From the NCBI GenBank assembly GCA_963779615.1, contig CAVZZA010000005.1, positions 352,001-416,000 of the forward strand: a stretch of DNA of 64,000 nucleotides, in the 5' to 3' direction. The notes under the pieces were generated by a model. It searched no databases and was not told the origin of the DNA. It was given only the letters and a program-made list of their open reading frames with translations. The translations under genes and the position numbers were made by a program. Source of the DNA: an uncultured Nitrososphaeraceae archaeon (lineage in GTDB: Archaea > Thermoproteota > Nitrososphaeria > Nitrososphaerales > Nitrososphaeraceae). Below, piece by piece: positions 49,254 through 59,782 of the stretch. The first letter of the stretch is position 1. Each line of letters begins with the position of its first letter.

Positions 49254-49470
49254 CCTTTACAGATTATTTTTTATTAGTTTACACATTAATATTTGTTACA
49301 CGTATCCATGAATAATGTAGTTTTTTTGACAAAAATTAAAATTTTATCCTTAATCTAATTAATTTTTGTGCACGTGTTGTTTTATTGTCTGTCAATCTAT
49401 TTGTCAACATTAAGATTAACAATGTTAATTTTTTCTTCCCATAGTTTTGCCAAATTGGAAACTGTAATTT

Positions 49471-49745
49471 TTATGTAAAGGCGGTAATATGCAAGCAGCA
49501 GCAGAAACCTGTTTTTAGCATCCAGTTTGAAATGCCTGCCTGATGCACCCATGGATCATTCCCTGCTGTCTTTTCTATTGGATAGCCGCCTGATCTCATG
49601 CCTGCCGTGTCTTTTGCCATCTCCCTATCATAAATGTCATCAAACTCCCTTACCGTCAGGCTGGTGAATGACTTGAAAAGCAATGGTTTTTTGGTCAACC
49701 CCTCATAAGAGAGCAAAGAAAGGACAGTGAATTGATGAATCAATA
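49471..49745 (-). mobile_element. IS5-like (HTH_Tnp_4/DDE_Tnp_4) transposase N-terminal remnant
   Basis: LLSYEGLTKKPLLFKSFTSLTVREFDDIY, then frameshifted EIRRLS and GRHFKLDAKNRFL...YYRLY. Confidence 0.7.
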
Positions 49746-49841
49746 ACCACAAGATGTTTAGTTGCATTTACGCAAGAGATACAACATATCTATACACTCG
49801 TCCAGCATCTATAGATATACTTTGTTTCCAAATAATTAATC

Positions 49842-51032
49842 ATGAGTGAGGAAGATGATAAAAACTCTTCATACCGTTATGTTTGTTTATCATCACAGAT
49901 ACCTAGGGGAAAATCAAAGAGATTTTTCATTAAGAATGAAGAAGAAGAAAATTTAGCAATAGCAGTTTTTAATGTCAATGGAATGTTTTACGCTATTTCT
50001 GATTCTTGTATACACAAAGGAGGGCCCCTTAGTGATGGATTCATTGATGGAGATATAGTTACTTGCCCATGGCATGGATGGAAGTATTCAGTGAAAAACG
50101 GTGAATCCCCCCATGAGGGAGGAGATAGTGTTAGTTCTTTTGAGGTTAAAGTAACAGGAAGTAAGTTGTATGTAAACTGTGTTCCATCGTCAGTTGGTAA
50201 ACGAATATTCAGGCCACATGAGTCATATTTGAAACTGGAAGAATCCGTAAATAACCATTTAATGCATAAGTCAAATGATGAAATAATTCCAATAGACGAC
50301 AAAAAAATAAGAATTCTTGGAATATCTACCACAAACACAAATGACAAAATAGCGCCCCGGAAGAGCACATCAGAGGATGCATTACATTTTGCTCTAGAGT
50401 TTGCGAGAAAAGAACTAGAAGCTGAGACAGTCATGATTAAGCTTCGAGATTTAGAATTCAGTCACTGTGAGGGTTATTATTCAAAGAATGCCAAAGCATG
50501 CATTTTTCCTTGTTCCATTTCAGAAAGAGACAAGGAGGACCAGATGATTCAAATTTACGAAAAGGTAATTCTGTGGGCAGACGTAGTGTTAATCGCCACC
50601 CCTATACGGTGGGGAAGCGCTAGTTCTCTGTACTATAAAATGATTCAAAGGATGAATTGTGTTCAAAATCAGTCCATCACACATAACCGACATTTAATAA
50701 GAGACAAGACAGCTGCTTTTATTATTACAGGGGGACAGGATAATGTTCAGCATGTTGCGGGAGAACTCCTGTCTTTCTGGTCAGAATTAGGTTTTGTATT
50801 TGGCAAATTTCCATTTGTTGGTTGGACAAGAGGCTGGTATGCTGAAGATACGGAGAATAATTATGATGCAATGATGTCGAGTTTGAATAACGATACCAGT
50901 GTTGATACAGGGTTAGAGAAAAATTCAAAAATGTACAATGACATAATCAAAACAATTCGGGGGGCATTCGAAATGGCATTACTTGTAAAAAGAAACAGGT
51001 ATGACCAATCCGTTTTGCATAAAGGGGCGTAA
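49842..51032 (+). CDS. Rieske [2Fe-2S] domain fused to a flavodoxin-like (NADPH-dependent FMN reductase) domain
   Basis: CIH(KGGPL)...CPWHG Rieske ligands; RILGIS, ADVVLIATPIRWG and IITGGQD flavodoxin-fold motifs. Confidence 0.88.
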   Translation: MSEEDDKNSSYRYVCLSSQIPRGKSKRFFIKNEEEENLAIAVFNVNGMFYAISDSCIHKGGPLSDGFIDGDIVTCPWHGWKYSVKNGESPHEGGDSVSSFEVKVTGSKLYVNCVPSSVGKRIFRPHESYLKLEESVNNHLMHKSNDEIIPIDDKKIRILGISTTNTNDKIAPRKSTSEDALHFALEFARKELEAETVMIKLRDLEFSHCEGYYSKNAKACIFPCSISERDKEDQMIQIYEKVILWADVVLIATPIRWGSASSLYYKMIQRMNCVQNQSITHNRHLIRDKTAAFIITGGQDNVQHVAGELLSFWSELGFVFGKFPFVGWTRGWYAEDTENNYDAMMSSLNNDTSVDTGLEKNSKMYNDIIKTIRGAFEMALLVKRNRYDQSVLHKGA

Positions 51033-51406
51033 ATCAGTGCGGGATATTACAAAAACTAGCTGTTCATTTAACAGGTCTTTACATTAATAGCAACAAATCA
51101 AACCCACAAACAAATCAGGGACAAAATGTCATGATATGTTTTATCTATTTGCTTAAAGGAATATCCTAACTATTAATTAGTATTGGTAATTCATAACATT
51201 TCTTTATTTTGTATACATTAGATATTAAAAACCTTAAAAATTCACTTCATACTATTTGCAGGACAGGTAAGTTGTAAGTTATAAATATTTACTATAGTGC
51301 TCTTGTGTCATAATCTCGTCATTATTTTTTCAGAGAACTGAAAAAAATCATCTTGATGGTCTCAAGCCGTCTTCTCCGACTGCTCCCTGATTTTCTGGTT
51401 TCTCTT

Positions 51407-51800
51407 TCAATTTAACTTTGTTATTGTTGTGACTACCTCTAGGATGTCTTGAATGCCTCGTTCCCCCTTTATTGAAAGGATGTCCACCCCTTCATTTCTG
51501 TCCCCTAACCAGTCAATAAATCCATTTAGGCTATTTTGATTACCAAGGTATTCATCTAGCCGTCTCCAGATTTTGGGCCATATCGGTTTTATTGTGGCAG
51601 GGTCAGCATGCGTGTTGACCATAACACCTGCTTCTGTTGAGTCTGCTGGCCAGTAACCAAGATTATTTTGCTTCGCGTGCGCCAAAGCATTGTTAAATTC
51701 CTCTCTTGATGAAGCAAACAAAGTATTATGATATAGCGGACATGCAAATCCGTCCTTCATTTGCTTATAATTAACAGATTCTTTGAGTCTTTGATCATCA
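51407..51800 (-). pseudogene. C-terminal fragment of a thermonuclease-like protein
   Basis: SVNY...KDG.A.P.Y..TL......F..A...AK....GYWP pattern; the N-terminal catalytic half is missing. Confidence 0.5.
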
Positions 51801-51987
51801 AGAAAGACAACATATTTTATCACAGGTAGCCACCATAACAATGACCCTGGTGTTGTATGATGAATGCGCAACACAAGAAACACACTGACAGGTCATAACT
51901 TGCATACAGATAATTTTATAGGCTTGGCAGTTTTAAAACCCGCTGTATTGGGTATGCCTTTGCAATATTCGAGTGTAAATATACAAA

Positions 51988-53277
51988 ATGGATGAACATA
52001 ATGAACATACAGGAATCAACAACAATAAATATTATCCATCAAGAATAGACAAAAAATTCCTTGACAGACTGTTCGAATTTATACAATCAGTTGAATCCGA
52101 AATGGACATAATGTTGCCTGGAATCGCATCCTTGCAATTCTTGTCATATTACAAGATTATTGATTATGTAATATCACAGAAGCTGGCCAAGAATATCATT
52201 ATCAGATTGTTATGCCCTTTTGACGAGGACAGCACGCGGCTAACCAAACATCTAGTCCCATTTATCGGATACAGATCAATAAAGCCATCATTACCCAAGA
52301 CCCCATCAAATTCCTTGTTATTCATTAGAGACAAACAGGACATTTTCTCTTTTTCAATCAATATGCAAGTACAACCGCACCAGCATGATAATCAAGCCAG
52401 CGATACTATTTTTTCCCTCGATAGTTGGTCATATTCTAAAGACATCTCCATAGTGGGAAATACTGTTTATTGCTTTGATCTCATATGGGAGGAAAAAGAA
52501 AATCACGATAAAACCATAAAGGAAAAAACGCACTCTGAACTTTTGTTTGATTTGATCTCACATGATATAGGAAACTATCATCAGGCGATACAAAATAGCT
52601 TGGGCATTGTAGACTCCATTGTAAAAAGAAACAACAATGACACAAGCGCCCTCGCCCAGAACAACGAAAGAATTTTTTCATTTCTCACAACCGCAAAAAA
52701 AGCACTGAATAAAAGTCAATCACTTGTAAACAACATACGCAGGTTAGAACGACTGTACGCACAAAAGGATCTGGAGCTAATATTGAAGAACCTTCCACAT
52801 GTTATCAATAATGCATACATTACAATGCAGCAAACACTATATGACAATAATCCACAGGGCAAAAGAATTAGATTCTCATTAAATGTAGTGGACGATCACA
52901 ATGATCCCACTGACATAAATGTAATCGCAGAGGATCTGCTCGAGGAAATTTTTGTTAATTTGTTTTCCAACAGCATAAAATACACAGAATCGTCAGAGGT
53001 TAAAATTGATGTTCTTATAAGGGAGCATTTTATTGGCGAGGTAAAATATTGGATGGTAACTGTATCTGATTATGGTAAAGGAATTCCGGACCCGATGAAA
53101 AAGGAGCTGTTCAAGCGATTTTATTCCAAAGCTAAGGGAAGCGGATTAGGCTTATCCATAGTAAGGACATTGGTCGAAAGGTACAAAGGCAAAATTTGGG
53201 TAGGAGACAGAGTATATGAGGACTGCACGCAGGGAACATCATTTGGAATGATTTTTCCTGCAGCGCAGGAGCAATAG
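51988..53277 (+). CDS. Cytoplasmic sensor histidine kinase
   Basis: H-box SHDIGN, N-box NLFSNSIKY, G1 DYGKGIP, F-box LFKRF and G2 GSGLGLSIV. Confidence 0.92.
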   Translation: MDEHNEHTGINNNKYYPSRIDKKFLDRLFEFIQSVESEMDIMLPGIASLQFLSYYKIIDYVISQKLAKNIIIRLLCPFDEDSTRLTKHLVPFIGYRSIKPSLPKTPSNSLLFIRDKQDIFSFSINMQVQPHQHDNQASDTIFSLDSWSYSKDISIVGNTVYCFDLIWEEKENHDKTIKEKTHSELLFDLISHDIGNYHQAIQNSLGIVDSIVKRNNNDTSALAQNNERIFSFLTTAKKALNKSQSLVNNIRRLERLYAQKDLELILKNLPHVINNAYITMQQTLYDNNPQGKRIRFSLNVVDDHNDPTDINVIAEDLLEEIFVNLFSNSIKYTESSEVKIDVLIREHFIGEVKYWMVTVSDYGKGIPDPMKKELFKRFYSKAKGSGLGLSIVRTLVERYKGKIWVGDRVYEDCTQGTSFGMIFPAAQEQ

Positions 53278-53376
53278 TATATTTTGCGATGTCAAAGTTG
53301 AAGTTTTTAGCTTTACTTCAGTTGACAACCCACTGTTGACAGTTTTCTATTATCTAGCCATTAACCATTCAATCAT

Positions 53377-53925
53377 TCAGCAACCTTCCATCCAGACAGT
53401 ATCATGGCATTGCTGCAGTTGCCTTAATTGCTCCAATGTAACATTATTGTCGATATCTTTGGAATCATATGCACATATTCCAATAACAGGAAAGTTAAAT
53501 CTTTGTTCCAAACATGATTCATACTCAAGCAATTCTTTTGTAAACCCACTTTTGAAAAATGCGCTCATATCCCCAAATACTCGCATTCCTCTCTTTCCTT
53601 TGCTAAGACAGTTTTCCACTAACGTAGACCATAATGCAATTGTTCGCTGAATATTGGGCACCCCATCAGGAAAATATGCTTCTTCAGTGGTACTGATGAT
53701 AATGTCTCCTCTGTATTCAAGTTCAGCAACATTCAATTGCCATTCATTTTCCATCCTGGCACGGATCTCATCTTTTGGCAGATCTGTGGTTGTAATAACA
53801 GCAACCTCATTTCTTTCAAGACCACCTTTTAGAAAGGCAAAGGCTTCATTGAATTTTTCATCTTTGCTAGGATAGACTGCAATTATATGATTTCCTTGCT
53901 CGATAGTCTGTAGCCGCTGTGCCAA
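53377..53925 (-). CDS. MEDS-domain sensory protein
   Basis: HII.VY......F..A..FL..GL...E, RVFGDM..F, LLEYE and ICAYD...H pattern. Confidence 0.85.
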   Translation of the reverse strand: MAQRLQTIEQGNHIIAVYPSKDEKFNEAFAFLKGGLERNEVAVITTTDLPKDEIRARMENEWQLNVAELEYRGDIIISTTEEAYFPDGVPNIQRTIALWSTLVENCLSKGKRGMRVFGDMSAFFKSGFTKELLEYESCLEQRFNFPVIGICAYDSKDIDNNVTLEQLRQLQQCHDTVWMEGC

Positions 53926-53965
53926 TAGTTATACTACAGAGTGACTTAAAATATAAGAATTGTGC

Positions 53966-53982
53966 CTCAAGTGAACAGAGCC
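53966..53982 (-). mobile_element. Solitary IS6-type inverted repeat
   Basis: CTCAAGTGAACAGAGCC resembles the element end CTTAAGTTAACAGAGCC at 13467-13483 and the remnant end at 18541-18555. Confidence 0.6.
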
Positions 53983-54501
53983 TTTTTTTCTATAACTTTT
54001 TTATATAAATAGTAGACAACATGTCCAACCAAGTGTAGATGATGTGTTTATTGACATGGAACTTGTTGCAATAAAAGTCCAATAATGCATTCAAGTGTAA
54101 CCTTTTTTTCTTATATCGTATAAAAGCAAGTTAATCGGATATGCTTTTTTGTCCGTTAAATTTGATTTATTGATACTTTTGGCATTCGGAAATATGATTT
54201 TGGAATTGTATTATTTTCCTTTTGATTTTTTATATTAATTTATGCAATAATTTGGAATAATAGGCTTTGAGTGATGGTATAAAAAGAGCATAGGCTGGAT
54301 GATTCTTGTAATTTAATGATATTGGGAATATTGCATTATCATCATTATGACTATGAGAATGTAACGTGGTCGATTTATTGTGTTTGCGCACCCCCCCCCA
54401 ACAGTATATATTGGTATGCAACTTTTTATTTTAAGGATAAAGTCCATAGAAACAATATTATATTTATTGTACTGCTAACAACCTTATTGGGATAGAGAAG
54501 A

Positions 54502-54927
54502 GTGACGATAGAGCTATCAGTAGGTGCAATCATAAGATATCAAACCGAAGAGCAAAATAAGGACCATGCGGATTTCCTTCTTCTTCGGAACAAGCGCGGG
54601 TTTTGGGGTTTTCCTCAAGGACACAAAGAAAAAGGGGAAAATGAAATCCAAACGTTGCAAAGAGAGGTTCAGGAAGAAACAGGAATAACTGATTTAGAAA
54701 TTCACCAATATGTCGGCAAAATCCAATACAAATACTTTAGGGCCGACGGAGTACGCTCAGAAAAGGAAGTCAAGTTTTATTTTGCCACCACACCCACAAG
54801 GGAGGTCGTAATATCCAATGAGCACGAAGATTTCAAATGGACCAACTATCTGGACGCTTTATCCATACTTGACCATCGCCAGTTAAAGTCAATCATTCTC
54901 AAGGGAAGAAGAAAAGGCCTCTATTAG
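54502..54927 (+). CDS. NUDIX hydrolase (Ap4A hydrolase-like)
   Basis: WGFPQGHKEKGE.....LQREVQEETG Nudix box; SNEH...W. Confidence 0.92.
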   Translation: MTIELSVGAIIRYQTEEQNKDHADFLLLRNKRGFWGFPQGHKEKGENEIQTLQREVQEETGITDLEIHQYVGKIQYKYFRADGVRSEKEVKFYFATTPTREVVISNEHEDFKWTNYLDALSILDHRQLKSIILKGRRKGLY

Positions 54928-55020
54928 GCTAATTTTTGGCACCTGTCACTGTTTTACTAAACCAGAACATCAAAACAACTTTGCCTATTTTTTAAAACTT
55001 TCCATTTTTTATTTTGGTAC

Positions 55021-55644
55021 ATGCTTATGAAAAACATATCTTCCCCATTACAGCATATATCAAGGATGCCAATCGCAGTATTTGAGGGTACTAATATCAC
55101 TCTGAAAAACACAATAATTGACCAACTTGTGCAAAAATATCCAGAGAAAATAAAGACGTTTACCTTTCCCACCGCAAAATACCAAGAGCTGTTGTCACCA
55201 GATGTAGCAGGTAATCCAGAAAAACTAGTTTTTAACCACTCGTTAATTGAAAGCGATTTTATAGAAAACAAATCAGAGATCTACAAGGAATCCAGAAAAT
55301 TCCTAGTCATTTTAAATCAGTATTATTTGTCAAACACAGTATATTTTGAATACGCATCAAAAAAACTAGACGAGAGAGTTAAGCAGTATACAAATGTTTT
55401 ACGAAATATAAAGCACATTACCCCTGATCTTTTTATATTGTTATGGACTGTGGAGATAAATGAAAAACAACATAACCTGTTTGATAATGACGAGTTATCC
55501 CAAATTCACGACATTTATTTTAAGGAGGTAAGGGAGCTGAGAGAATTGGGCAAGATAAAGCTGTTTGAGTATATCGAGACACTCAGAGCTGACACATACC
55601 ACAAAGTCGAAAAAATTTTAAAGGAAAAAGGGTTGCTAAAATAA
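55021..55644 (+). CDS. Hypothetical protein, divergent thymidylate-kinase-like fold
   Basis: IAVFEG......K.T, TFP, VIL..YYLSN.VY and PDL.ILL follow the dTMP-kinase order, but the P-loop is degenerate. Start may be ATG 55066. Confidence 0.55.
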   Translation: MLMKNISSPLQHISRMPIAVFEGTNITLKNTIIDQLVQKYPEKIKTFTFPTAKYQELLSPDVAGNPEKLVFNHSLIESDFIENKSEIYKESRKFLVILNQYYLSNTVYFEYASKKLDERVKQYTNVLRNIKHITPDLFILLWTVEINEKQHNLFDNDELSQIHDIYFKEVRELRELGKIKLFEYIETLRADTYHKVEKILKEKGLLK

Positions 55645-55974
55645 GGTAATTTATGGCATTCCGAAGGTGGATAGCTTAACCAGAGAATCAGGTACCGTTA
55701 CCAATAAGGTATACAGTATACGGTAGAGTTCAAATAATCCCAGACTCTGCTCGTAAAACAACGTTACAACAAACGCAATACAAAACAAAGAATGAAGGAA
55801 AAAAACAAAGCCTCTCCAGGGTTATCCTGTTTTATTTTTTTCAACCCTTTTTTGCCTGGTTTCACATCCATAAAACACTTCTAAATGGATATTCGCTTAT
55901 CCTTAATTTCCGTTAACAACTCATCAGGCATTGAGTAGAACCACAAAACAGCGAAATAGAAAACCCCTCAAATA

Positions 55975-56856
55975 TCAATCATTGTTTAATAGATTTTTCA
56001 CATACGCAATGTTATCGAGATCGTTTCTCACATCATCAATGGGCGTCTCCATTATGAAAGGGATGTGATGCAACTTTTTTGTATTCAGTAAAAATTTAAA
56101 ACCATCTTTGCCAATTTTTCCAACTCCAACATGGTAATGCCTATCAAGGTTTGCTCCCAGGTCGCCTTTTGAATCGTTTAAATGAACTACGTTTAGCCTG
56201 TCAATTCCAATGCTATTTGATATTAGGTCCAACAATTGGGTTACGCCTTTTTCGGATGACAAATCATATCCTGAGGCAAAAGCATGACATGTATCCAAGC
56301 ACAACCCAAAGTTACTGGAATTTAACCTGTCAAAAATTTCAGCTATTTCCTCAACAGAGCTACCGATACTGTTTTTCTGCCCAGAGCTATTTTCCAGCAA
56401 CACCTTCACACCATCTTTAGTTGAGTGCAGATCAGAACAATTGTTCATGGCTGTTTTGCATGCCTTTACCAGTTGAGAGATACCGCTTTTAGAGCCCTTA
56501 CCCAAATGACTGCCCAAATGAACCACAAGAAAAGGGATGTGAAGGAGGCTACAACGTTTCATCTCGTCTTCCAATGCCTTTAGGGATTTCTGGTACATTT
56601 CGCCTTCAGGGGCAGAGAGATTAGGCAAATAGGGCATATGAGCAATCACAGAATCATTGCTTATCGGGCTTTCCCTTAGTTTGTCTATAAAAAGCGTGGC
56701 CTCCCCTAAGGAAATATCCTTTGTTTTCCACTGCCTGGGACTGCGAGTAAAAATCTGAAAAGCCGAACAACCTATACCCAACGCATTGTCTATTGATTTT
56801 GGCAAACCACCACTGATGGAAACATGAACACCCAATTTAATAGCCATTTCAGACAA
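55975..56856 (-). CDS. nfo: Endonuclease IV (AP endonuclease family 2)
   Basis: GVHVSISGG, FQIF..SPR.W, HMPYLPNL, LLEN, CLDTCHAF, HLNDSK, DRH and METP motifs. Confidence 0.95.
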   Translation of the reverse strand: MSEMAIKLGVHVSISGGLPKSIDNALGIGCSAFQIFTRSPRQWKTKDISLGEATLFIDKLRESPISNDSVIAHMPYLPNLSAPEGEMYQKSLKALEDEMKRCSLLHIPFLVVHLGSHLGKGSKSGISQLVKACKTAMNNCSDLHSTKDGVKVLLENSSGQKNSIGSSVEEIAEIFDRLNSSNFGLCLDTCHAFASGYDLSSEKGVTQLLDLISNSIGIDRLNVVHLNDSKGDLGANLDRHYHVGVGKIGKDGFKFLLNTKKLHHIPFIMETPIDDVRNDLDNIAYVKNLLNND

Positions 56857-57725
56857 ATTAATAAGTCGGAAAGTTATAAATTGATGATATAAAAATTACA
56901 AATGAAAACAAAAATAATTAAATAGTATACCATACATACAAAATAATCAAGAGTTATAATAAAGGAATATAATTTTACTTAAAAAAATTCAAAATAAATT
57001 AACATTATTTGTTTTCAAACTGCTTATATCATATGTTTGAATCCTATCAATAGGAATAAAAGATGAACGATGGTGATTTAAACATTATTTGGGTTTGTAC
57101 CCAATGTAATCAGAATTTTCTGTTCTATTCAGATATTCAAGACCATAAATCTGGGACAGGGCATTCAAAGATATACAAGTTTGACTTGTTGTCGGGAAAA
57201 ATGATAGACAGGATTGAGATGAGGTAAAAATGCACCTGGACATGTAACACAAAAATAATGCAGATAATAGTAATGTTTCTTGCAAGGATCACATCTAAAC
57301 ACCCCTCAAGTCAAGTGGTGTTCAATTAATTCGTAATAGTGCTGTGTGTTCCCGCATAGGATGACGTTATAATGTGAATCAATCAATGCTTCACGTGCAA
57401 AATTGTTTGGTGTTCTTAACAAATGTATCATAGTTTTCCCGTTCATTGCGAAGTGGTTGTTTTTTGCAGTCTTTCCTTATTTCTTACACCCGTATGTTGG
57501 TTAGCCTTGTTTTAATAACAATACAAAAAATGCCAATGCTGAAACAGGGCAACAGGCACAAAATATAGGGATCCCGTTCCTTAAATTCCACGAAAGTGGG
57601 TTTGTTTGCTTTTAAACCGGTTGGAAAAATAAAATTTGTGATCGGAATCCCCGGTTCGATTAAAATGCAAAATAAAAATTAATATATGATAGACATAAAG
57701 AAGTCGATTAGTCGGTCAACGACAT

Positions 57726-57826
57726 GCCGGGGTCGCCTAGCCTGGTAGGGCGCAAGCCTGGAATTAAAAGCAACATAAAGCTTGTGGCCCGTGAGGGCCT
57801 CGAGGGTTCGAATCCCTCTCCCGGCG
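57726..57826 (+). tRNA. tRNA-Ser(GGA) with a 15-nt intron at 37/38
   Basis: GCCGGGG/TCCCGGC acceptor stem, CAAGC/GCTTG anticodon stem, GGA at 57760-57762, intron 57764-57778, long variable arm, GTTCGAATC, discriminator G. Confidence 0.93.
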
Positions 57827-57893
57827 CTGATTTTCTTTTTTAATAACAATATTACTGGTTTTAGTAGGTTTTGGAGGCATGAACAGGATACTT

Positions 57894-57956
57894 GGGAGAT
57901 GTGCTTCGAACCCTCGAGGCCCTCACGGGCCACAAGCTTTTGTTGGTCGGGCATGT
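57894..57956 (-). repeat. Inverted partial copy of tRNA-Ser
   Basis: 57905-57940 is the exact reverse complement of 57777-57812, with weaker similarity on both sides. Confidence 0.92.
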
Positions 57957-57967
57957 GATTATCGCCC

Positions 57968-58270
57968 TCAAAATCGGGAATTGTGGCAACTGTGAACCTT
58001 TTTCTTACCGATTTTGGTAAGATCGATTAAGGATTTTTCATGGTTGACCTTACTGAATTTGGTAAGATTTTTCTGTCCCTCATTGTTTATTTTACTGCTG
58101 ATTATAGCAAGATCGGAGTCAGGAAACAACTTTAGCAACAATGGCAGCTCTTTTTCCAAGAGAATGGAAAGTTTCCTTTTGATAACGGACTTTAGTTTGT
58201 ATTCATAGGATTTTGCAATGTCCTTTTGGCCTTGGAGAAACTGGATTTCGGACCTGGAGAGAAGTGACAT
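57968..58270 (-). CDS. Small basic hypothetical protein at the tRNA-proximal end of an integrated element
   Basis: MSLLSRSEIQFLQGQK...KSYEYKLKS.IK.K; Lys-rich and helical; ATG start. Confidence 0.6.
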   Translation of the reverse strand: MSLLSRSEIQFLQGQKDIAKSYEYKLKSVIKRKLSILLEKELPLLLKLFPDSDLAIISSKINNEGQKNLTKFSKVNHEKSLIDLTKIGKKKVHSCHNSRF

Positions 58271-58718
58271 ATTCTAGAAAGATAGACAACAAAAAGCATT
58301 AAAAAGTTTAAGAAATAATCTGATTTTTAAATTGTCTTCCTTGCTGGAATTTACTTCTTTCCAATACACAGTAAAAAATGGATTAAATCACATATTTGCA
58401 AATGCAAACAAATCGCTTTCGAAATAGATTTATTTTTATTATTGATTAGGCATAGGGAGTAGAGGCAGTAATCGAATGTCTCTAATGTTTCTTAATACAA
58501 CTAACATAGAATTAGACTCCATGAGGTTAATAGGCCTTTTTTTTATAGCTAAATAAATTCTAAATGAAGGTTAATTTTGTATTAAAAAAGAGTTCTAGCG
58601 TCAATGGGATCTATCTGACCTGTCTGACTACCATGGATTCAATATTTTTTAATTTTCTTTTACACTTGTTTTTTTATTGTTGGATATGTCATATGTGTCA
58701 GATATGTCAGATAGAGGC

Positions 58719-58946
58719 CTACATGTAGATTGCATAGCCTACCAGCTGGATTATGAATCCTGTAATCAGCAGCATTGCGCCCAGTCTAGCCAACTGTGTT
58801 TCTAGTTTCCTATGCCTTATTTCATGCTCACTGTATTTTGACATTTGCTCGATTGTTTCTGTTGACCTAAAAATCTTGCCGTAATACATAAGGAATGCCG
58901 CAATCACGTCGATAACCAATCCAGCCATTATTACAATGAATAACAC
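58719..58946 (-). CDS. Small two-TM membrane protein
   Basis: Two hydrophobic helices around a charged loop. Confidence 0.55.
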   Translation of the reverse strand: MLFIVIMAGLVIDVIAAFLMYYGKIFRSTETIEQMSKYSEHEIRHRKLETQLARLGAMLLITGFIIQLVGYAIYM

Positions 58947-59036
58947 CGTGCAAAATACTTGAAGAGAATATAAATACCAATTTGCCGATTTCTGAAGTCA
59001 TTTCGCATAGCTGGATGCCAGAACAACAGCAATTAC

Positions 59037-59460
59037 ATGGACAAAACATTGGACCATATGGGGAAAGAGAGAAAGAGAGAGGACAGCAATGAAAGACGCA
59101 GACAGGTTACACTTCACTCATTCAGGAGATTTGTGAAAACCACCATTTCTGATATTGGGTATGCAGACTATTCGGAGTATTTCATTGGGCATTTCGGCTC
59201 CACGTATTGGAGAAAAAAGGAATCAGAAAATGCCGAATTATTCAGGGAAATAGAGCCTTATCTCACGTTTTTAAACATACCCCAATTGGAAAGACAGGGT
59301 GCCTGATATCCTGAGCAAGGTAACTGAGTTGGAGGAGGTGAACCAGTCCCTGAGAGAGCGGGACAAAAGCAAGGACGACGCCATAGCAATGATCTCAGAC
59401 CAGCTTTTAACAGTAACAGAGAGACTGAATGAACTGGAAAGGAAGCAACAATTCGGATAA
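59037..59460 (+). pseudogene. Tyrosine recombinase/integrase C-terminal remnant
   Basis: TLHSFRRFVKT (H-x-x-R), FIGH..STYW (catalytic H/Y) and IEPYLTF; a frameshift at about 59304 leads into a coiled-coil tail ending 59460. N-terminal part absent. Confidence 0.85.
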
Positions 59461-59782
59461 AATAAAAAATCCTGTTATGCTGTTTTCTTTGTTAAATCAA
59501 GCATTATAGGCTTTATACCCGTATAATTATTTCCCTGTTTTTTATCTATCATTGTATCATTTGTTTCATTATATGCTAGTTATCGTAGTATCTTTTGTTG
59601 CTATTGATAGTCATGTATGAAAAACATTGATAAATCATATTGTAAAGATCTGATAAACATTCTCCATAAATTTATAGTATAAAGATTATGCTTACTTTTT
59701 CTGGTTAACAGACTCCAATAAAATGTCAGGTAACAACAGTCCTACTTCTAATTATACCAAAAAATGTATGTGAGTTTTAACT

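Noticed and set aside
49037-49315. 92-aa ORF on the plus strand
   Set aside because: Antisense to tRNA-Ala and the integrase remnant.
57679-57954. 91-aa ORF on the minus strand
   Set aside because: Antisense to tRNA-Ser and overlapping its inverted copy; a typical spurious call.
58610-58715. Short GATATGTC(A) / TCTGAC repeats as possible iterons
   Set aside because: Too few and irregular, with no intact replication gene adjacent.
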